DNA of 64,000 nt from Nitrospirota bacterium (GCA_963796125.1 CAWCKM010000052.1:238-64237); one strand, 5' to 3'; positions 10,474 through 21,217 are shown, counted from the first letter of the stretch. Notes: a model not told the origin generated them from the sequence alone. A program made the numbers and translations.

Positions 10474-11297
10474 CGGTTCTTTTTCACTTTGCGCATGCTT
10501 TCCTGCAGAGCGGCGACCAGATCGGCCGGACCTTCCCCTTCTTCCTCGACTTCAGGCGCCTCCACCGGAGCTTTTTCTTTCTCCTTCTTCTTCAGGAGAT
10601 TCATGATCTTCTTCCGGCGCTCGTCCGCATATTTTTCAGGTTTAAAGTCTGCGATCATTTTTTTGATGAATTTTTTCATACGGCTTTTCTCTTCGGGTTC
10701 GATATTTTCTTTTTTCGGTGCGAAATCTTCATCGGGGAGTATTTCTTCGCTGTAATGAAGTGTGATCAGGGCCAGCGCCCCCTCCACGCTTTTGACGGCC
10801 ACGAGATACTCACGGTCCCGCAGCACGAATTTTGCGAGCCCGGCCTTGTTCGTCTGACGCAGCACCTCGACCAGCAGCCGATAAGCTTTTTCGCCTCCTT
10901 TCGCCGGGACGAGATAATATGGGTGATCGTAATAGATCAAGTCCACTTCCTTCATATCGATGAACTCGATGATCTCGATCGTGCGGCTCCGTTCTGGGGA
11001 CAGGGATTCCAATTCCTTGTCCGTCACCACTATATATTTGTCGGGTCCGATTTCATATCCCCTGATAATCTCATTCGACGGGACGATCGTTTCTTCTTCC
11101 GGACAAGACATCCCTCTCGCGAGGGGAGAATAATCCTTGCTGTGGAGCATGCGAAAGGAGACATGGCCGGTACGGACTGCGCTAACCAACTGTACCGGTA
11201 TTGCCACCAGGCTGAAACTGATCGTACCGCTCCATATTCCCTGAAAAGCAGTTTCATCCTTCCGGGGTGAAGACGGATCGGAGCGCGGAGTTTTCAT
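10470..11297 (-). CDS. ku: Ku protein, paralog 2, with a Lys/Glu-rich C-terminal tail.
   Basis: WSGTISFSLVAIPVQLVSA Ku core start. The C-terminal tail contains DLVAALQESM. The start ATG immediately follows the TAA of paralog 1. Confidence 0.9.
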   Translation of the reverse strand: MKTPRSDPSSPRKDETAFQGIWSGTISFSLVAIPVQLVSAVRTGHVSFRMLHSKDYSPLARGMSCPEEETIVPSNEIIRGYEIGPDKYIVVTDKELESLSPERSRTIEIIEFIDMKEVDLIYYDHPYYLVPAKGGEKAYRLLVEVLRQTNKAGLAKFVLRDREYLVAVKSVEGALALITLHYSEEILPDEDFAPKKENIEPEEKSRMKKFIKKMIADFKPEKYADERRKKIMNLLKKKEKEKAPVEAPEVEEEGEGPADLVAALQESMRKVKKNR

Positions 11298-12068
11298 TTA
11301 GGCGACCTTCTTCAGACTCGCTTCAAGGGCCTGAAGCAGCTTATCTGATGCTGTGGGTTTCAAGAGCCTGGGGCGCAGGACCGCAATTTTTTCTCCACGG
11401 GCTTTTTTCTCGATCAAATTTCGGAGCTTTTTCTCATGTTCGTTTACGAATTTCTGGGGCTGAAAAGGGCCGGTTAACTGGTTTATCAAATAACTTCCGA
11501 TTTTCAGCTCTTTTTCAGACAAAGGAGTTTTCTGCAGTTCAAGAGATTTTACCGAAATCACTTCGTCGGCATACCGCAGAGTATTAAGGCGGAGAATCTT
11601 CCCGTTTATCTGCAAGGCCCCGAGATAGGACCGTTTTCTCATGGTCCAGGTGCAGATGCCTTCCACATCCATTTCCTTCAAAGCCCCGACAAGCGCGTTA
11701 TATCCTTTTAGGTTGGTATCCGGCTCCAGATAGTAGACGCGGTCACGGAAAACGGGATCGATCTGTTCGGTCTTGACGAATTCGTGGACTTCTATCGTCC
11801 GGCTGCTTTCAGGAGCGGTTTGGTCGAGTTCCGAAGGATCGACGATGATATATTTGCCATCCTCCAATTCAAACCCTTTCGCCTGCTCTTCCATCGGCAC
11901 AGGTTTTTTCTCATATGCACAAACCATCTGTTGGCGCAATTTCACATGATCACGCTTGTGAAGGAGGTGAAACTGAATCCGCTCTTCCTTAATTGCGGTA
12001 TGCAGCTTCACGGGCACATTCGTATCCCCAAAATGGATATATCCTTTCCAGATCGTTCCTCCTGCCAT
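11298..12068 (-). CDS. ku: Ku protein, paralog 1.
   Basis: WKGYIHFGDTNVPVKLHTA Ku core start and a C-terminal KLLQALEASL motif. GAGGAGG RBS upstream. Confidence 0.9.
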   Translation of the reverse strand: MAGGTIWKGYIHFGDTNVPVKLHTAIKEERIQFHLLHKRDHVKLRQQMVCAYEKKPVPMEEQAKGFELEDGKYIIVDPSELDQTAPESSRTIEVHEFVKTEQIDPVFRDRVYYLEPDTNLKGYNALVGALKEMDVEGICTWTMRKRSYLGALQINGKILRLNTLRYADEVISVKSLELQKTPLSEKELKIGSYLINQLTGPFQPQKFVNEHEKKLRNLIEKKARGEKIAVLRPRLLKPTASDKLLQALEASLKKVA

Positions 12069-12139
12069 TGAAAATCCTCCTCAGTTCTTTTAAGACCAGG
12101 CCATTTGTTTCGTCCTTTTATTGGCCTTACCTATAAGAA

Positions 12140-12169
12140 AAGTATCGCACAAAATGTCCCGCTGTCAAG
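12140..12169 (-). promoter_or_regulatory. Candidate sigma70-type promoter of the ku-ku-ligD operon.
   Basis: On the minus strand: TTGACA (12169-12164), 18-nt spacer, ATACTT (12145-12140), about 70 nt upstream of the ku ATG. Confidence 0.3.
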
Positions 12170-12420
12170 TTTTTTTTGAGAAATTCACAGATCAGGCAAA
12201 AAGATCGCCAGCCCGGACTAATTATATCAGGAGCCGTTTGTATATTTTTCCGACTCAGTCGGTGGACAGGTCTCCGCATGCACCTGTGGCGGAGTGTTGA
12301 GAAGATACAGGAACAGAAGACTTGTGATTATCAAGCAGGTATGACAAAGAGTTGTTTTCATAATTAAGCTATAGCTCTCATGGACTGTTAAAATCTTTTT
12401 TTCATTGTCCTATAATATTT

Positions 12421-14057
12421 TTATGCCTTTTTGATTTCCCTGAACTTTATCAGGAAAGAGGTTCCTTTGCGACTTTCCTGTTCTACTGTTCCACCGAGCT
12501 GGTTTTCTGCCAATTTGCAAATAAGTTTAAAACCCAGGGATTTCGTATGCCTGAAATCCAGCCCCTCTGGTAAGCCAATACCATTATCGCCAATGCGGAG
12601 TTCCACTTCACCGTCGTCTGTAGAGTGGCATTCTATTGTAATTTTACCTTTCCTGCCATCTGGAAAAGCATATTTCAGGGAATTGGACACCAGTTCACTG
12701 ATTATCATTCCGCATGGAGTAATGGTGTCCAGAGACAGGAAAATATCATCAACATCTACTTTCAAAGATATTCTTTCTTTGATTCCCTCATAACTCTTCA
12801 GAGGCGCATGTGCGAAATCCGTGATATAATCCTTGAGATTGACATCGGATAAATCTTTTGCGTTGATACAGTTTCTCATGGACAAGAGCGATTGATTTGA
12901 TTCTATGTTGGACCTCTTTTATTATATTTAATATGTTTTTATCTTCAATGTTTATAGAATGAAGGTCGAGCAGGCTTGAAATTACCTGCAAGTTGTTTTT
13001 TGTCCTGTGGTGGAGCTCGCGCAGAAGTATTTCCTTCTCCCTGAGTGATTTCCTGAGGTGCTCTTCTGCCAGTTTTCGCTCCGTGATGTCAGTGTCTACA
13101 CCCCGATATCCGAGAAAATTACTCTGCTCATCTAACACCGGGGTTCCGCTTGTCTCAAGAAAAACTACATGGCCCATTTTATGTACATTTGCATAAATGA
13201 CATTTTTAAAGGTTGTTTTTTCTCTAAAGGCTGCAAAGACTTCTTCTTTAAGTCTGTTTCATTATGCCTGGTTCAAAGAAATCATAGAAATGTTTCTTTC
13301 CCACAATTTCTTCAGGAGTATAACCAAGTATTTTTTCTACAACATGATTTGAATACGTGTATAAGCCATTTCTGTCTACTTCCCAAATCCATTCACCCGC
13401 ACTTTCAGCTACCTGCTTAAAACGTTCCTCTGCCTTTTTCCGCTCAGTAATTTCCCTGGATACACTTTCTATCATCTGGTTTGTTACTTTCCCCAAAGCT
13501 TTTAAAAGCTCTTCTTGAGGGTTATCAGAAATTCGAGTATTAATGTCACCTTTGGAAACCTTATGCAATACATCAAAATGCTCTGCAAGACCTATGGCAA
13601 ACTCATGAGAAAGATCAACAATTTCTTCGATGTTCTGTGCAGTTACATTAACCAGATGTTTCAGCTTGTTAATTAACTCAATGTTTGAGACCTCAGGTAT
13701 TCTCACTAAAGGGTCTCCGGAAGAAATACTTTTCAACGCCTCGAAAACTTCGGATAAGCCTACGGCCAGCTCTATGCTGATATTTTCCAGTTCCCTGTCT
13801 CTGTCTTCAACAATCTGTTTGTATTCCTTTAACTGTGCACCAAAAACCTCACAGGTATCTCTCATGCTGGGGGTGTCCAGATTCATCTTAAAAGGCTCAC
13901 AATCAATGCACATTTCCATCTTATCTATAAACTTGCCCTGGATTTCATCCCGGCAATGGGTACCTGAAAAAAGCCAGCAGTTGAGGTTTCGTGATTGATA
14001 GGCGGGGCATCCTTTCTTTTTGCACTGAAACATTTCCCAGCATTTTACTTTTTTCAT
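12421..14057 (-). pseudogene. Sensor histidine kinase with a Cys-rich two-CW-like N-terminus, a PAS domain, HisKA_2 and HATPase. Carries two frameshifts.
   Basis: Three ORF pieces: 13248-14057 (MKKVKCWEMFQCKKKGCPAY...NCWLFSGTHC, then PAS EWIWEVDRNGLYTY); 12788-13177 (LHHRTKNNLQVISSLLDL, a HisKA_2 H-box); 12421-12885 (ATPase with DNGIGLP). Frames switch near 13265 and 12860. Confidence 0.75.
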
Positions 14058-14112
14058 TTGTCTATCTCACAGAGTGCTTCTATCCTTTATGAAGACAGGA
14101 ATTTCCTCTCTC

Positions 14113-14337
14113 CTAAAACTGTATCTGTATCCTCTTTCGGTATCCTCCCTCATTCTTTATTGACAGAAGAACTTTATTGAGCCGTTCACACCATACTCGA
14201 ACATCCCGCTCAAAGGTTGGACAATCCCCTATGATCTCCAGAATATCTCCGAGGTTCATGTCTGCTGCCTTCACTGCTATCTTCAGAATCGGCTGAGGGC
14301 ATTTAAGACCAACGGTGTCTAAAATTTCTACTGCCAT
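14113..14337 (-). CDS. TusA/SirA-family sulfur-carrier-like protein.
   Basis: 74 aa with GLKCPQPILK (the CPxP active-site Cys motif of TusA). Confidence 0.8.
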   Translation of the reverse strand: MAVEILDTVGLKCPQPILKIAVKAADMNLGDILEIIGDCPTFERDVRVWCERLNKVLLSIKNEGGYRKRIQIQF

Positions 14338-14579
14338 ATCTTTCCCTCCTTTTGCTTGGCTGTCATACTATTCCTCCCGGAAGATACATAAGCACTGCGG
14401 ATGAATCTGTTGCCCTCCTCTGAAACACTCCGGATATTCTACCTGTATATTCCTGACTATAATCTACACCATTTTGACTTTTTAAGAAAGTCAGAACTAA
14501 AGGAAATACTCAGAAAGTGCTTGAAAATTTCTAAAGTGCATATTTCTGCATATTTTTAAGGTATTACAAAACCTCATGT

Positions 14580-14625
14580 TAGGGGGGGAGGAGCCCCCGG
14601 GGGAGGGGGCCCCTCGGTGGAGGGA
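14580..14625. other. GC-only palindromic block immediately 3' of ftsZ. Possible terminator or G-quadruplex-prone element.
   Basis: AGGGGGGGAGGAGCCCCCGGGGGAGGGGGCCCCTCGGTGGAGGG sits in otherwise roughly 35% GC intergenic DNA and contains the CCCCCGGGGG palindrome. Confidence 0.4.
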
Positions 14626-14627
14626 AC

Positions 14628-15803
14628 TTAAATCTCTTTATGAATCTCTTTGACGGGCTTCCTTAAGAAAGCCGGCATATCTATCGGATCCTCGTAAGAG
14701 ATGATATCTGATGGTGCTGCATTGATGGCGAAGTCACATCTGAGATCCTTTGCCAGAATCCTGTCAGACCCTTTCAGGCTGAAAGGTTCTTTGGAAGGAG
14801 CCCATTTTTTAATCTGAGGCAGTTCTACTTTTTCTTTTTCCTCATGAAAGCCTGTTGCGATTACGGTGATCTTAACCTCATCGTCTATGTCCGGGTCTAT
14901 TACTGCACCGAATATGAGGTTGACCTCTTCGTGTGCAGAATCATAGATATAAGAAGCTGCCTGTTGCACATCATCAAGGGAAAGATGAAGGCCACCAGTA
15001 ATATTGATGAGGATATTCTTTGCACCTTCGATTGTTGATTCTTCAAGGAGAGGATTCGATATAGCCTTTTTCGCTGCCTCAAGAGCTCCGCCTTCTCCTC
15101 TTCCAAATCCACAACCCATAACACCGCGACCTTTCTCTACAATAATCGTCCTCACATCAGCAAAGTCAACATTAATTAATCCTGGGATGACAATAATGTC
15201 AGAAATACCCTGTACCGCCAGTTTCAATACATCATCTGCAATAGCGAAGGACTTCAGAAGCGGTGTTCCCTTTTCAACAACATGGACAATCTTGTCATTC
15301 GGTATAACAATAAAGGTGTCCACATATTTTTTCAGTTCCTTAATACCCTCTTCGGCATTCATGCATCTTACTCTGCCTTCATAGAAAAATGGTTTGGTAA
15401 CAATAGCAACTGTCATAATGCCCATCTCTTTTGCAATTCCGGCAATCACCGGACCTGCACCTGTTCCTGTGCCTCCACCCATGCCGGCTGTTATAAAAAC
15501 CATATCTGAGCTTGCAATGGATTCGATAATTGCATCTCTGTTCTCGATTGCTGCTTCTCTTCCAATCTGGGGGTTTGAACCAGCTCCAAGTCCCCTTGTC
15601 AATTCAGTCCCTATTTGTACCTTGACAGGCGCAAGAGAGGAATAGAGGGCTTGCAGGTCAGTGTTAACGGCAATGAACTCAATTCCCTGGAGGTTTGATG
15701 CAATCATGGTGTTGATTGCGTTACCTCCCGCCCCTCCAACGCCAACTACCTTGATGAGTGCATTCTGACCGCCCCTTACTTCTTCGATCTCAAACATGTA
15801 CAC
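14628..15803 (-). CDS. ftsZ: Cell division GTPase FtsZ.
   Basis: VVGVGGAGGNAINTM and GGGTGTGAGPVIA tubulin signature. Sits at the end of the dcw cluster. Confidence 0.97.
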   Translation of the reverse strand: MYMFEIEEVRGGQNALIKVVGVGGAGGNAINTMIASNLQGIEFIAVNTDLQALYSSLAPVKVQIGTELTRGLGAGSNPQIGREAAIENRDAIIESIASSDMVFITAGMGGGTGTGAGPVIAGIAKEMGIMTVAIVTKPFFYEGRVRCMNAEEGIKELKKYVDTFIVIPNDKIVHVVEKGTPLLKSFAIADDVLKLAVQGISDIIVIPGLINVDFADVRTIIVEKGRGVMGCGFGRGEGGALEAAKKAISNPLLEESTIEGAKNILINITGGLHLSLDDVQQAASYIYDSAHEEVNLIFGAVIDPDIDDEVKITVIATGFHEEKEKVELPQIKKWAPSKEPFSLKGSDRILAKDLRCDFAINAAPSDIISYEDPIDMPAFLRKPVKEIHKEI

Positions 15804-15854
15804 CTCCTTTAAAATTGTGTATTACAAATTAAATTTTTTGCCTTTTTCATGTTT

Positions 15855-17093
15855 TCATGTGCTGATATGTTCTGAGTCTCCATTGCCTTTGAATATTCCT
15901 GCAAACCAGTCTTTCATCTTTCCAAAAATACCTGCGGGATTATTCTCATAGGAGACTTTGGCTGATTCGTTATCAAGGCCGTACAGTGCAAGGCCTACTC
16001 CTGTTGCATATATTGGATTGTTGATATTTCCTCTGCATCCTTTTATGCCGTCGCAAGACCCTATTCTGACCGGCAGTCCCAATGATGCCTCAGCCAGACT
16101 GTCGAAGCCGTCAAGGAGTGAACCTCCGCCACTAAGGACAACTCCTGATAAGGCGATGCTGTAATCAGAGCATAATGAAAGTTCATCCTTTATTAAATCT
16201 ATAAGCTCCTCAGCCCTCGGCTGTAAGATCTCTGCCAGGTGCGTACGGGGTGTTTTCTTTTGTTGTCCTGCCCGGGGAATATCTATCATTTCTTTATCTT
16301 TTATCATGTGTGTCGTTGCACAGCCAAAATCCTTTTTGAGCCTTTCAGCCTCTGCAAAGGGTATCCTGAAGCCAATGGCAATATCGTTTGTAAAATGGTG
16401 TCCTCCAACCGGAATGTTTGCTATGTGCTGCAAAAAGCCATGTTTGTAAAGGGCGATTTCCGTTGTGCCGCCAATGTCTACAAGAGCAACACCGAGTTCC
16501 TTTTCCTCATCGGTTATTGTTGATGCTGCAGAAGCAAGGGCCTCAAAGACTACCTCTATAACCTCAAGCCCGGCCATTTCACAACATTTGAGCAGGTTCT
16601 GTAGTGGAGAGACAGCCCCTGTGATAATATGAACATGTGCTTCCAGCCTGTCACCGGCCATACCAACAGGGTCTTTGATTCCATTCTGTCCGTCGAGGGT
16701 GTAACCCGTTGGAATGAAATGGAGTATTTCTCTATCAAGAGGCATATAGACTGACCTTGCGGACTCTAAAACGCGCTCTACATCCGCAGGGATTACATCC
16801 CTGCTGTTGATTCCAGTTGCGCCATGGCTTCTGATGCCTTTAATATGATTTCCTGTAATGCCAACAAATACTTCTCTGATCTGTGCTCCCGTGGAAGACT
16901 CCGCTTCCTGAACTGCTTTTTTGATTGAATCCACCGTTGGTTCTATATGTATAATCACACCTTTTTTCAGTCCTGTTGAAGGTGCGGTTCCGATACCACG
17001 GATTTCCATTTCACTTCCCGCAACCTCTCCAACAACAGCACAGACCTTTGTTGTGCCTACATCGAGGCCAATGATGATGTTTCCTCTCTTCAA
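15855..17093 (-). CDS. ftsA: Cell division protein FtsA.
   Basis: IIGLDVGTTKVCAVVGE actin-like fold and position between ftsQ and ftsZ. Confidence 0.95.
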   Translation of the reverse strand: MKRGNIIIGLDVGTTKVCAVVGEVAGSEMEIRGIGTAPSTGLKKGVIIHIEPTVDSIKKAVQEAESSTGAQIREVFVGITGNHIKGIRSHGATGINSRDVIPADVERVLESARSVYMPLDREILHFIPTGYTLDGQNGIKDPVGMAGDRLEAHVHIITGAVSPLQNLLKCCEMAGLEVIEVVFEALASAASTITDEEKELGVALVDIGGTTEIALYKHGFLQHIANIPVGGHHFTNDIAIGFRIPFAEAERLKKDFGCATTHMIKDKEMIDIPRAGQQKKTPRTHLAEILQPRAEELIDLIKDELSLCSDYSIALSGVVLSGGGSLLDGFDSLAEASLGLPVRIGSCDGIKGCRGNINNPIYATGVGLALYGLDNESAKVSYENNPAGIFGKMKDWFAGIFKGNGDSEHIST

Positions 17094-17842
17094 CGAATTA
17101 CCTCTTTTATGGGTTTTACAACCACCCTGTTTGCAAATCGCACATCTATATAATCAACGGTTATCTGTCTTCTCTGTATGTCCTCTTCGAGTTCAAGGAG
17201 CCGTTGAAGTTTTTCTTTATAATCTCCCACTCCTACCTTTACAACCATTCCATCTATGACTGATGTAAGTTCCTGGGGCTTTGAGAGGACTATCTCAATT
17301 TGGTCTCTTTCTGAAGACAACCCCATGTCATTCATTGTCTTTGCAAGGGTAAGGGCTTCTGATAAACCTTCTCTCTCCCGGGAGGGATCACCTGTGATTA
17401 TAGGAAGGAAGGGAATGATATTGCCTTTAAGTTCCTCAAGAAGTTCGCCCTTTTCATTAATGATAAACAGATGTCCATTGACATCAAGAAGTGCAAAAGG
17501 GACAACTTCACTTACGGTAACTGACAGGGTATCAGGAAAATCCTTTCTTACACTTACAGACCTGATCCATGGAGATTCGAGCAATTTCTTGCTTACTTTT
17601 TTCCCGGAAAGGGTAATCAGATTTGCATTTCTGCGAACTCCTGAAAGGGCCCTGAGTTCATCAGATGTTAGATGCTTGTTGCCAATAAAGATTACCCTTC
17701 GGACCGGAAAAGCCGATTTTATTTTGATAAAAGCAGCATATACACCTATGACAAGGGCGGAGACAAGCAACAGAGAGACCGTAATGCTTATCAGTAAGCT
17801 GCTCTTATTGTTCTTCTTTTTCTTTACTTTCATCAAGAACAC
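17090..17842 (-). CDS. ftsQ: Cell division protein FtsQ.
   Basis: Single N-terminal TM followed by a POTRA-like region ([17 protein letters not shown]). Position between ddl and ftsA. Confidence 0.8.
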   Translation of the reverse strand: MFLMKVKKKKNNKSSLLISITVSLLLVSALVIGVYAAFIKIKSAFPVRRVIFIGNKHLTSDELRALSGVRRNANLITLSGKKVSKKLLESPWIRSVSVRKDFPDTLSVTVSEVVPFALLDVNGHLFIINEKGELLEELKGNIIPFLPIITGDPSREREGLSEALTLAKTMNDMGLSSERDQIEIVLSKPQELTSVIDGMVVKVGVGDYKEKLQRLLELEEDIQRRQITVDYIDVRFANRVVVKPIKEVIR

Positions 17843-18746
17843 TCCTGAACATCTCTTCTATCAATGCTGGAAAATCAAGACCGGCAAGTCTTGCTATCTT
17901 AGGCAAAAGACTTGTCTCAGTCATACCCGGAATGGTATTAACCTCGAGGACATAGGGGTTCCCCCTTCCATCAATTCTCAAGTCAACCCGTGTTGCACCT
18001 CTGCAGCCAAGGGCAATATGGGCTGAAAGGGCAGTTTCCTTAGCTCTTTCATAGGTTTCGCCGTTTATTTCTGGTGGAAGAATGTATTCTGTGAGGCCAG
18101 CATGGTACTTTGCCTCGTAGCTGTAAAATTCAAGAGACGGCCTTACCTCGACTCCTCCAAGTACTCTGTCATTGAGTATCCCTATATGTACTTCTTTCCC
18201 TTCTATGTATTTTTCTATGATTACCCTGTTGCCAAGAGAGAAGGCTTTCTCAACAGCAGGCCTTATTTCCCTTTCGTCTTTTATGATGCTTACCCCAATG
18301 CTTGAACCCTCTGTTGCAGGTTTGACTACCCAGGGCATTAAAAAATCAACGTGTGATGAATCTATGCTCTTTGCTTTCTGCCCTCTGCTCAGCACTACAA
18401 AGGGTGGCACAGGGATGTTGTGGCAGAGGAATATTTTTTTCGATGCTTCTTTGTCCATTGCAAGGGCGGAAGCAAGAACACCAGAGCCGGTATAGGGTAT
18501 TCCAAGGACTTCAAGCATGCCTTGTACAGCACCGTTTTCTCCGTCTCCTCCATGAAGTGCGATGAAAGCTATCTTTATCTTCTCTCTCCTGAGGGCTTCA
18601 CAAATTTCAGAATCAGTATCGATCGCAACAGCGTCATAACCTAAGCCTTTCAGGGCAGTATAGACTGCGTTTCCGCTCCTCAGGGATACCTCTCTTTCTG
18701 CTGATCTTCCGCCCATCAAAACTCCTATCTTCATTTCGGTCAACAT
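17805..18746 (-). CDS. ddl: D-alanine--D-alanine ligase.
   Basis: [36 protein letters not shown] and EVNTIPGMT motifs. Confidence 0.95.
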   Translation of the reverse strand: MLTEMKIGVLMGGRSAEREVSLRSGNAVYTALKGLGYDAVAIDTDSEICEALRREKIKIAFIALHGGDGENGAVQGMLEVLGIPYTGSGVLASALAMDKEASKKIFLCHNIPVPPFVVLSRGQKAKSIDSSHVDFLMPWVVKPATEGSSIGVSIIKDEREIRPAVEKAFSLGNRVIIEKYIEGKEVHIGILNDRVLGGVEVRPSLEFYSYEAKYHAGLTEYILPPEINGETYERAKETALSAHIALGCRGATRVDLRIDGRGNPYVLEVNTIPGMTETSLLPKIARLAGLDFPALIEEMFRSVLDESKEKEEQ

Positions 18747-18863
18747 AGATCAAAAATTAAAAAGAAATCATAAGTTTAAAAGTTTTATTATTCTTTCCAG
18801 AACAATCCATCGTAATAATTTTTAGATTTTGCCCTGTAATTTTTACTTTTTCTCTTTTGCATT

Positions 18864-19805
18864 TTAATTTTTATCCCTCCCAACAATCCTTATCTCAGGC
18901 TCAAGTCTAATGCCACTGACTTCAAACACTCTTGACCTTACCTCTTCCATGAGTCTGAAGAAATCTGAGGCCTTTGCCTTTCCCGTGTTTATAAAAAAAT
19001 TCGCATGGAGACTGCTCACTTCAACATCACCGATTCTCAAACCTTTGCAACCAGCCTCGTCTATTAATTTCCCAGCAGATAAGCCATGAGGATTTTTAAA
19101 TACACAGCCAGCAGAATGTCCTGAGAAAGGCTGACTCTCCCATTTTCTTTTTAAGAAAGTTTCTATTTTTGCTGAGACATGTTCTTTGCTATCCTTCTTG
19201 AATAATATCTCTGCACTGAGGAGCAGCTCCGTTGAGGAGATACCCGATCTTCTGTATCCAAAGTCAATATTCTCTATCCCCAGGTTCCTGATGTTGCCTT
19301 CGGAATCCATCATCGATACTGAAACGAGCACATCTTTCATTTCATAGCCGAATGCCCCGGCATTTCCACTGATTGCTCCTCCAACAGAGCCTGGTATTCC
19401 TGCAAGTCCCTCCATGCCTGAATAACCTCTCTCCTTTGAAAAGTTCACAAGCCTCTGAAGAGGTGTGCCCGTCTCAACGTATACCTTTACTTCCGTTTCA
19501 TTTTCACTTACTGTTTCAATCTTTCTGAAAGATGCAAGGGATATGACTGCACCTTCAATGCCACTATCCTTTACAAGGATGTTTGTTCCGCCACCAAGAA
19601 CGAAAAAGGGTATCTTCTTTCTGTTCAGGGTAACCATGATAGTTTTGAGGGAAGACAGGTTTTGAGGAACGACAAACACATCTGCAGGTCCTCCTATCCT
19701 GAGCGATGTATGGTTCATCATGGGTTCCATGAATTTCACATCCCCTTCGAAGGTGATTTCTGAAAAGATGTCCTCTAGTTCTTCACCAATACCCTGACTT
19801 CTCAT
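18864..19805 (-). CDS. murB: UDP-N-acetylenolpyruvoylglucosamine reductase MurB.
   Basis: HTSLRIGGPADVFVVP, GGGTNILV and AGCVFKNP motifs. Confidence 0.93.
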   Translation of the reverse strand: MRSQGIGEELEDIFSEITFEGDVKFMEPMMNHTSLRIGGPADVFVVPQNLSSLKTIMVTLNRKKIPFFVLGGGTNILVKDSGIEGAVISLASFRKIETVSENETEVKVYVETGTPLQRLVNFSKERGYSGMEGLAGIPGSVGGAISGNAGAFGYEMKDVLVSVSMMDSEGNIRNLGIENIDFGYRRSGISSTELLLSAEILFKKDSKEHVSAKIETFLKRKWESQPFSGHSAGCVFKNPHGLSAGKLIDEAGCKGLRIGDVEVSSLHANFFINTGKAKASDFFRLMEEVRSRVFEVSGIRLEPEIRIVGRDKN

Positions 19806-21217
19806 CTCTCGCCCCTTAGTCTACGGAGTATTTCGTCTCCTATCTTCCATACATCTCCTGCTCCGAGGGTGAGGAGCAAATCATCTTTCCGCATATTGGA
19901 GATGATATACATTATTGCTTCATCCTTATCTTTTACATAAAGAGCATTGTTGCGACCGTTCTTTTTGATTTTCTCAAAAAGTGTCGCTGAGTTTATACCT
20001 TCAATGGGTTTTTCTCCGGCAGGGTAAACATCCAGGAGGATGAGGAAATCTGCGTCTTTGAAAGAAGAGGCAAATTCATCCATCAGGTCTCTCGTCCTTG
20101 TATATCTGTGAGGCTGAAAAAGGACGAATAGCCTGCCTGCTTTCTTAAAGCCGGGTTCTGTATTTTGACTGCTGAATAAGAGCCCCTCCTTTGCTGCCTC
20201 CAGGGTTGCCTTTATCTCGGTCGGGTGGTGTCCGTAATCGTCGAATACCTTTATCTCCTCTGTTGCACCCTTGAACTCGAACCTCCTCTGTATGCCACCA
20301 AACCTCTTCAATGCTTCCTTTATAACTGGTATATCTATCTGGAGTTCCAGTGCAACCCCTATTGCAGCCAGGCTGTTCAAGACATTGTGTTCTCCTAACA
20401 GGGGGAGATCGAAATTACCTATGTCCCTGCCTTTATAGATTGCCTCAAAGGAAACGGACATGAAACCCTTCCTGATATTTTTTGCACTAAGTTCTGCCTC
20501 GCTACGGAATCCGTACGTTATGCATCTCCTGTGAAGAGAGGGGAGAAGTTCGCGAAGATGTTCATTCTCGATGCAGACAATTGATACACCGTAGAAAGGA
20601 ATTTTGTTCAGGAAGGAGACAAATGCCTCTTTCAAAGCATCAATGGACTGGAAAAAGTCCAGGTGTTCCCTGTCAATATTTGTTGCGACTGCTATCGTTG
20701 GAGAAAGTTTCAGAAACGAACCGTCACTCTCGTCGGCTTCAGCAACGAGAAAATCTCCCTGACCGAGCCGTGCATTACTGCCTGTTGCTTTTAATCTTCC
20801 ACCGATAATGACGGTAGGGTCTAAGCCGGCATGAGCAAGAATAGAAGATATCAGGGATGTTGTTGTTGTTTTCCCATGTGCTCCTGCTACGAGTATCCCG
20901 TATTTCAGCCTTGCCAGTTCTGCGAGCATCTCTGCGCGTGGTATGACCGGAATAAACCTCCTTTTTGCCTCAACGATTTCAGGGTTTTTGTCGGACACCG
21001 CCGAGGAAACGACGACAACATGAGAATCATCAATATTGTCTCCTTCATGTCCGATAAAAACATTTATCCCCAGGTCTCTCAGCCTTCTTGTTGTTTCTGA
21101 ATCCTTTATATCGGAGCCGGTGACATCATAGCCGAGGTTATGGAGCACCTCTGCGATGCCTGACATCCCTATGCCACCTATACCCACGAAATGTATTACC
21201 TTATATCTTTCAAACAC
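19802..21217 (-). CDS. murC: UDP-N-acetylmuramate--L-alanine ligase MurC.
   Basis: HFVGIGGIGMSGIAEVL and GAHGKTTTTSLI motifs. Overlaps murB by 4 nt. Confidence 0.95.
   Translation of the reverse strand: MFERYKVIHFVGIGGIGMSGIAEVLHNLGYDVTGSDIKDSETTRRLRDLGINVFIGHEGDNIDDSHVVVVSSAVSDKNPEIVEAKRRFIPVIPRAEMLAELARLKYGILVAGAHGKTTTTSLISSILAHAGLDPTVIIGGRLKATGSNARLGQGDFLVAEADESDGSFLKLSPTIAVATNIDREHLDFFQSIDALKEAFVSFLNKIPFYGVSIVCIENEHLRELLPSLHRRCITYGFRSEAELSAKNIRKGFMSVSFEAIYKGRDIGNFDLPLLGEHNVLNSLAAIGVALELQIDIPVIKEALKRFGGIQRRFEFKGATEEIKVFDDYGHHPTEIKATLEAAKEGLLFSSQNTEPGFKKAGRLFVLFQPHRYTRTRDLMDEFASSFKDADFLILLDVYPAGEKPIEGINSATLFEKIKKNGRNNALYVKDKDEAIMYIISNMRKDDLLLTLGAGDVWKIGDEILRRLRGER

Noticed and set aside
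12176-12367. The 63-aa plus-strand ORF in the ku upstream region.
   Set aside because: It has no RBS, shows unusual composition and overlaps the probable ku promoter and leader. It is most likely non-coding.
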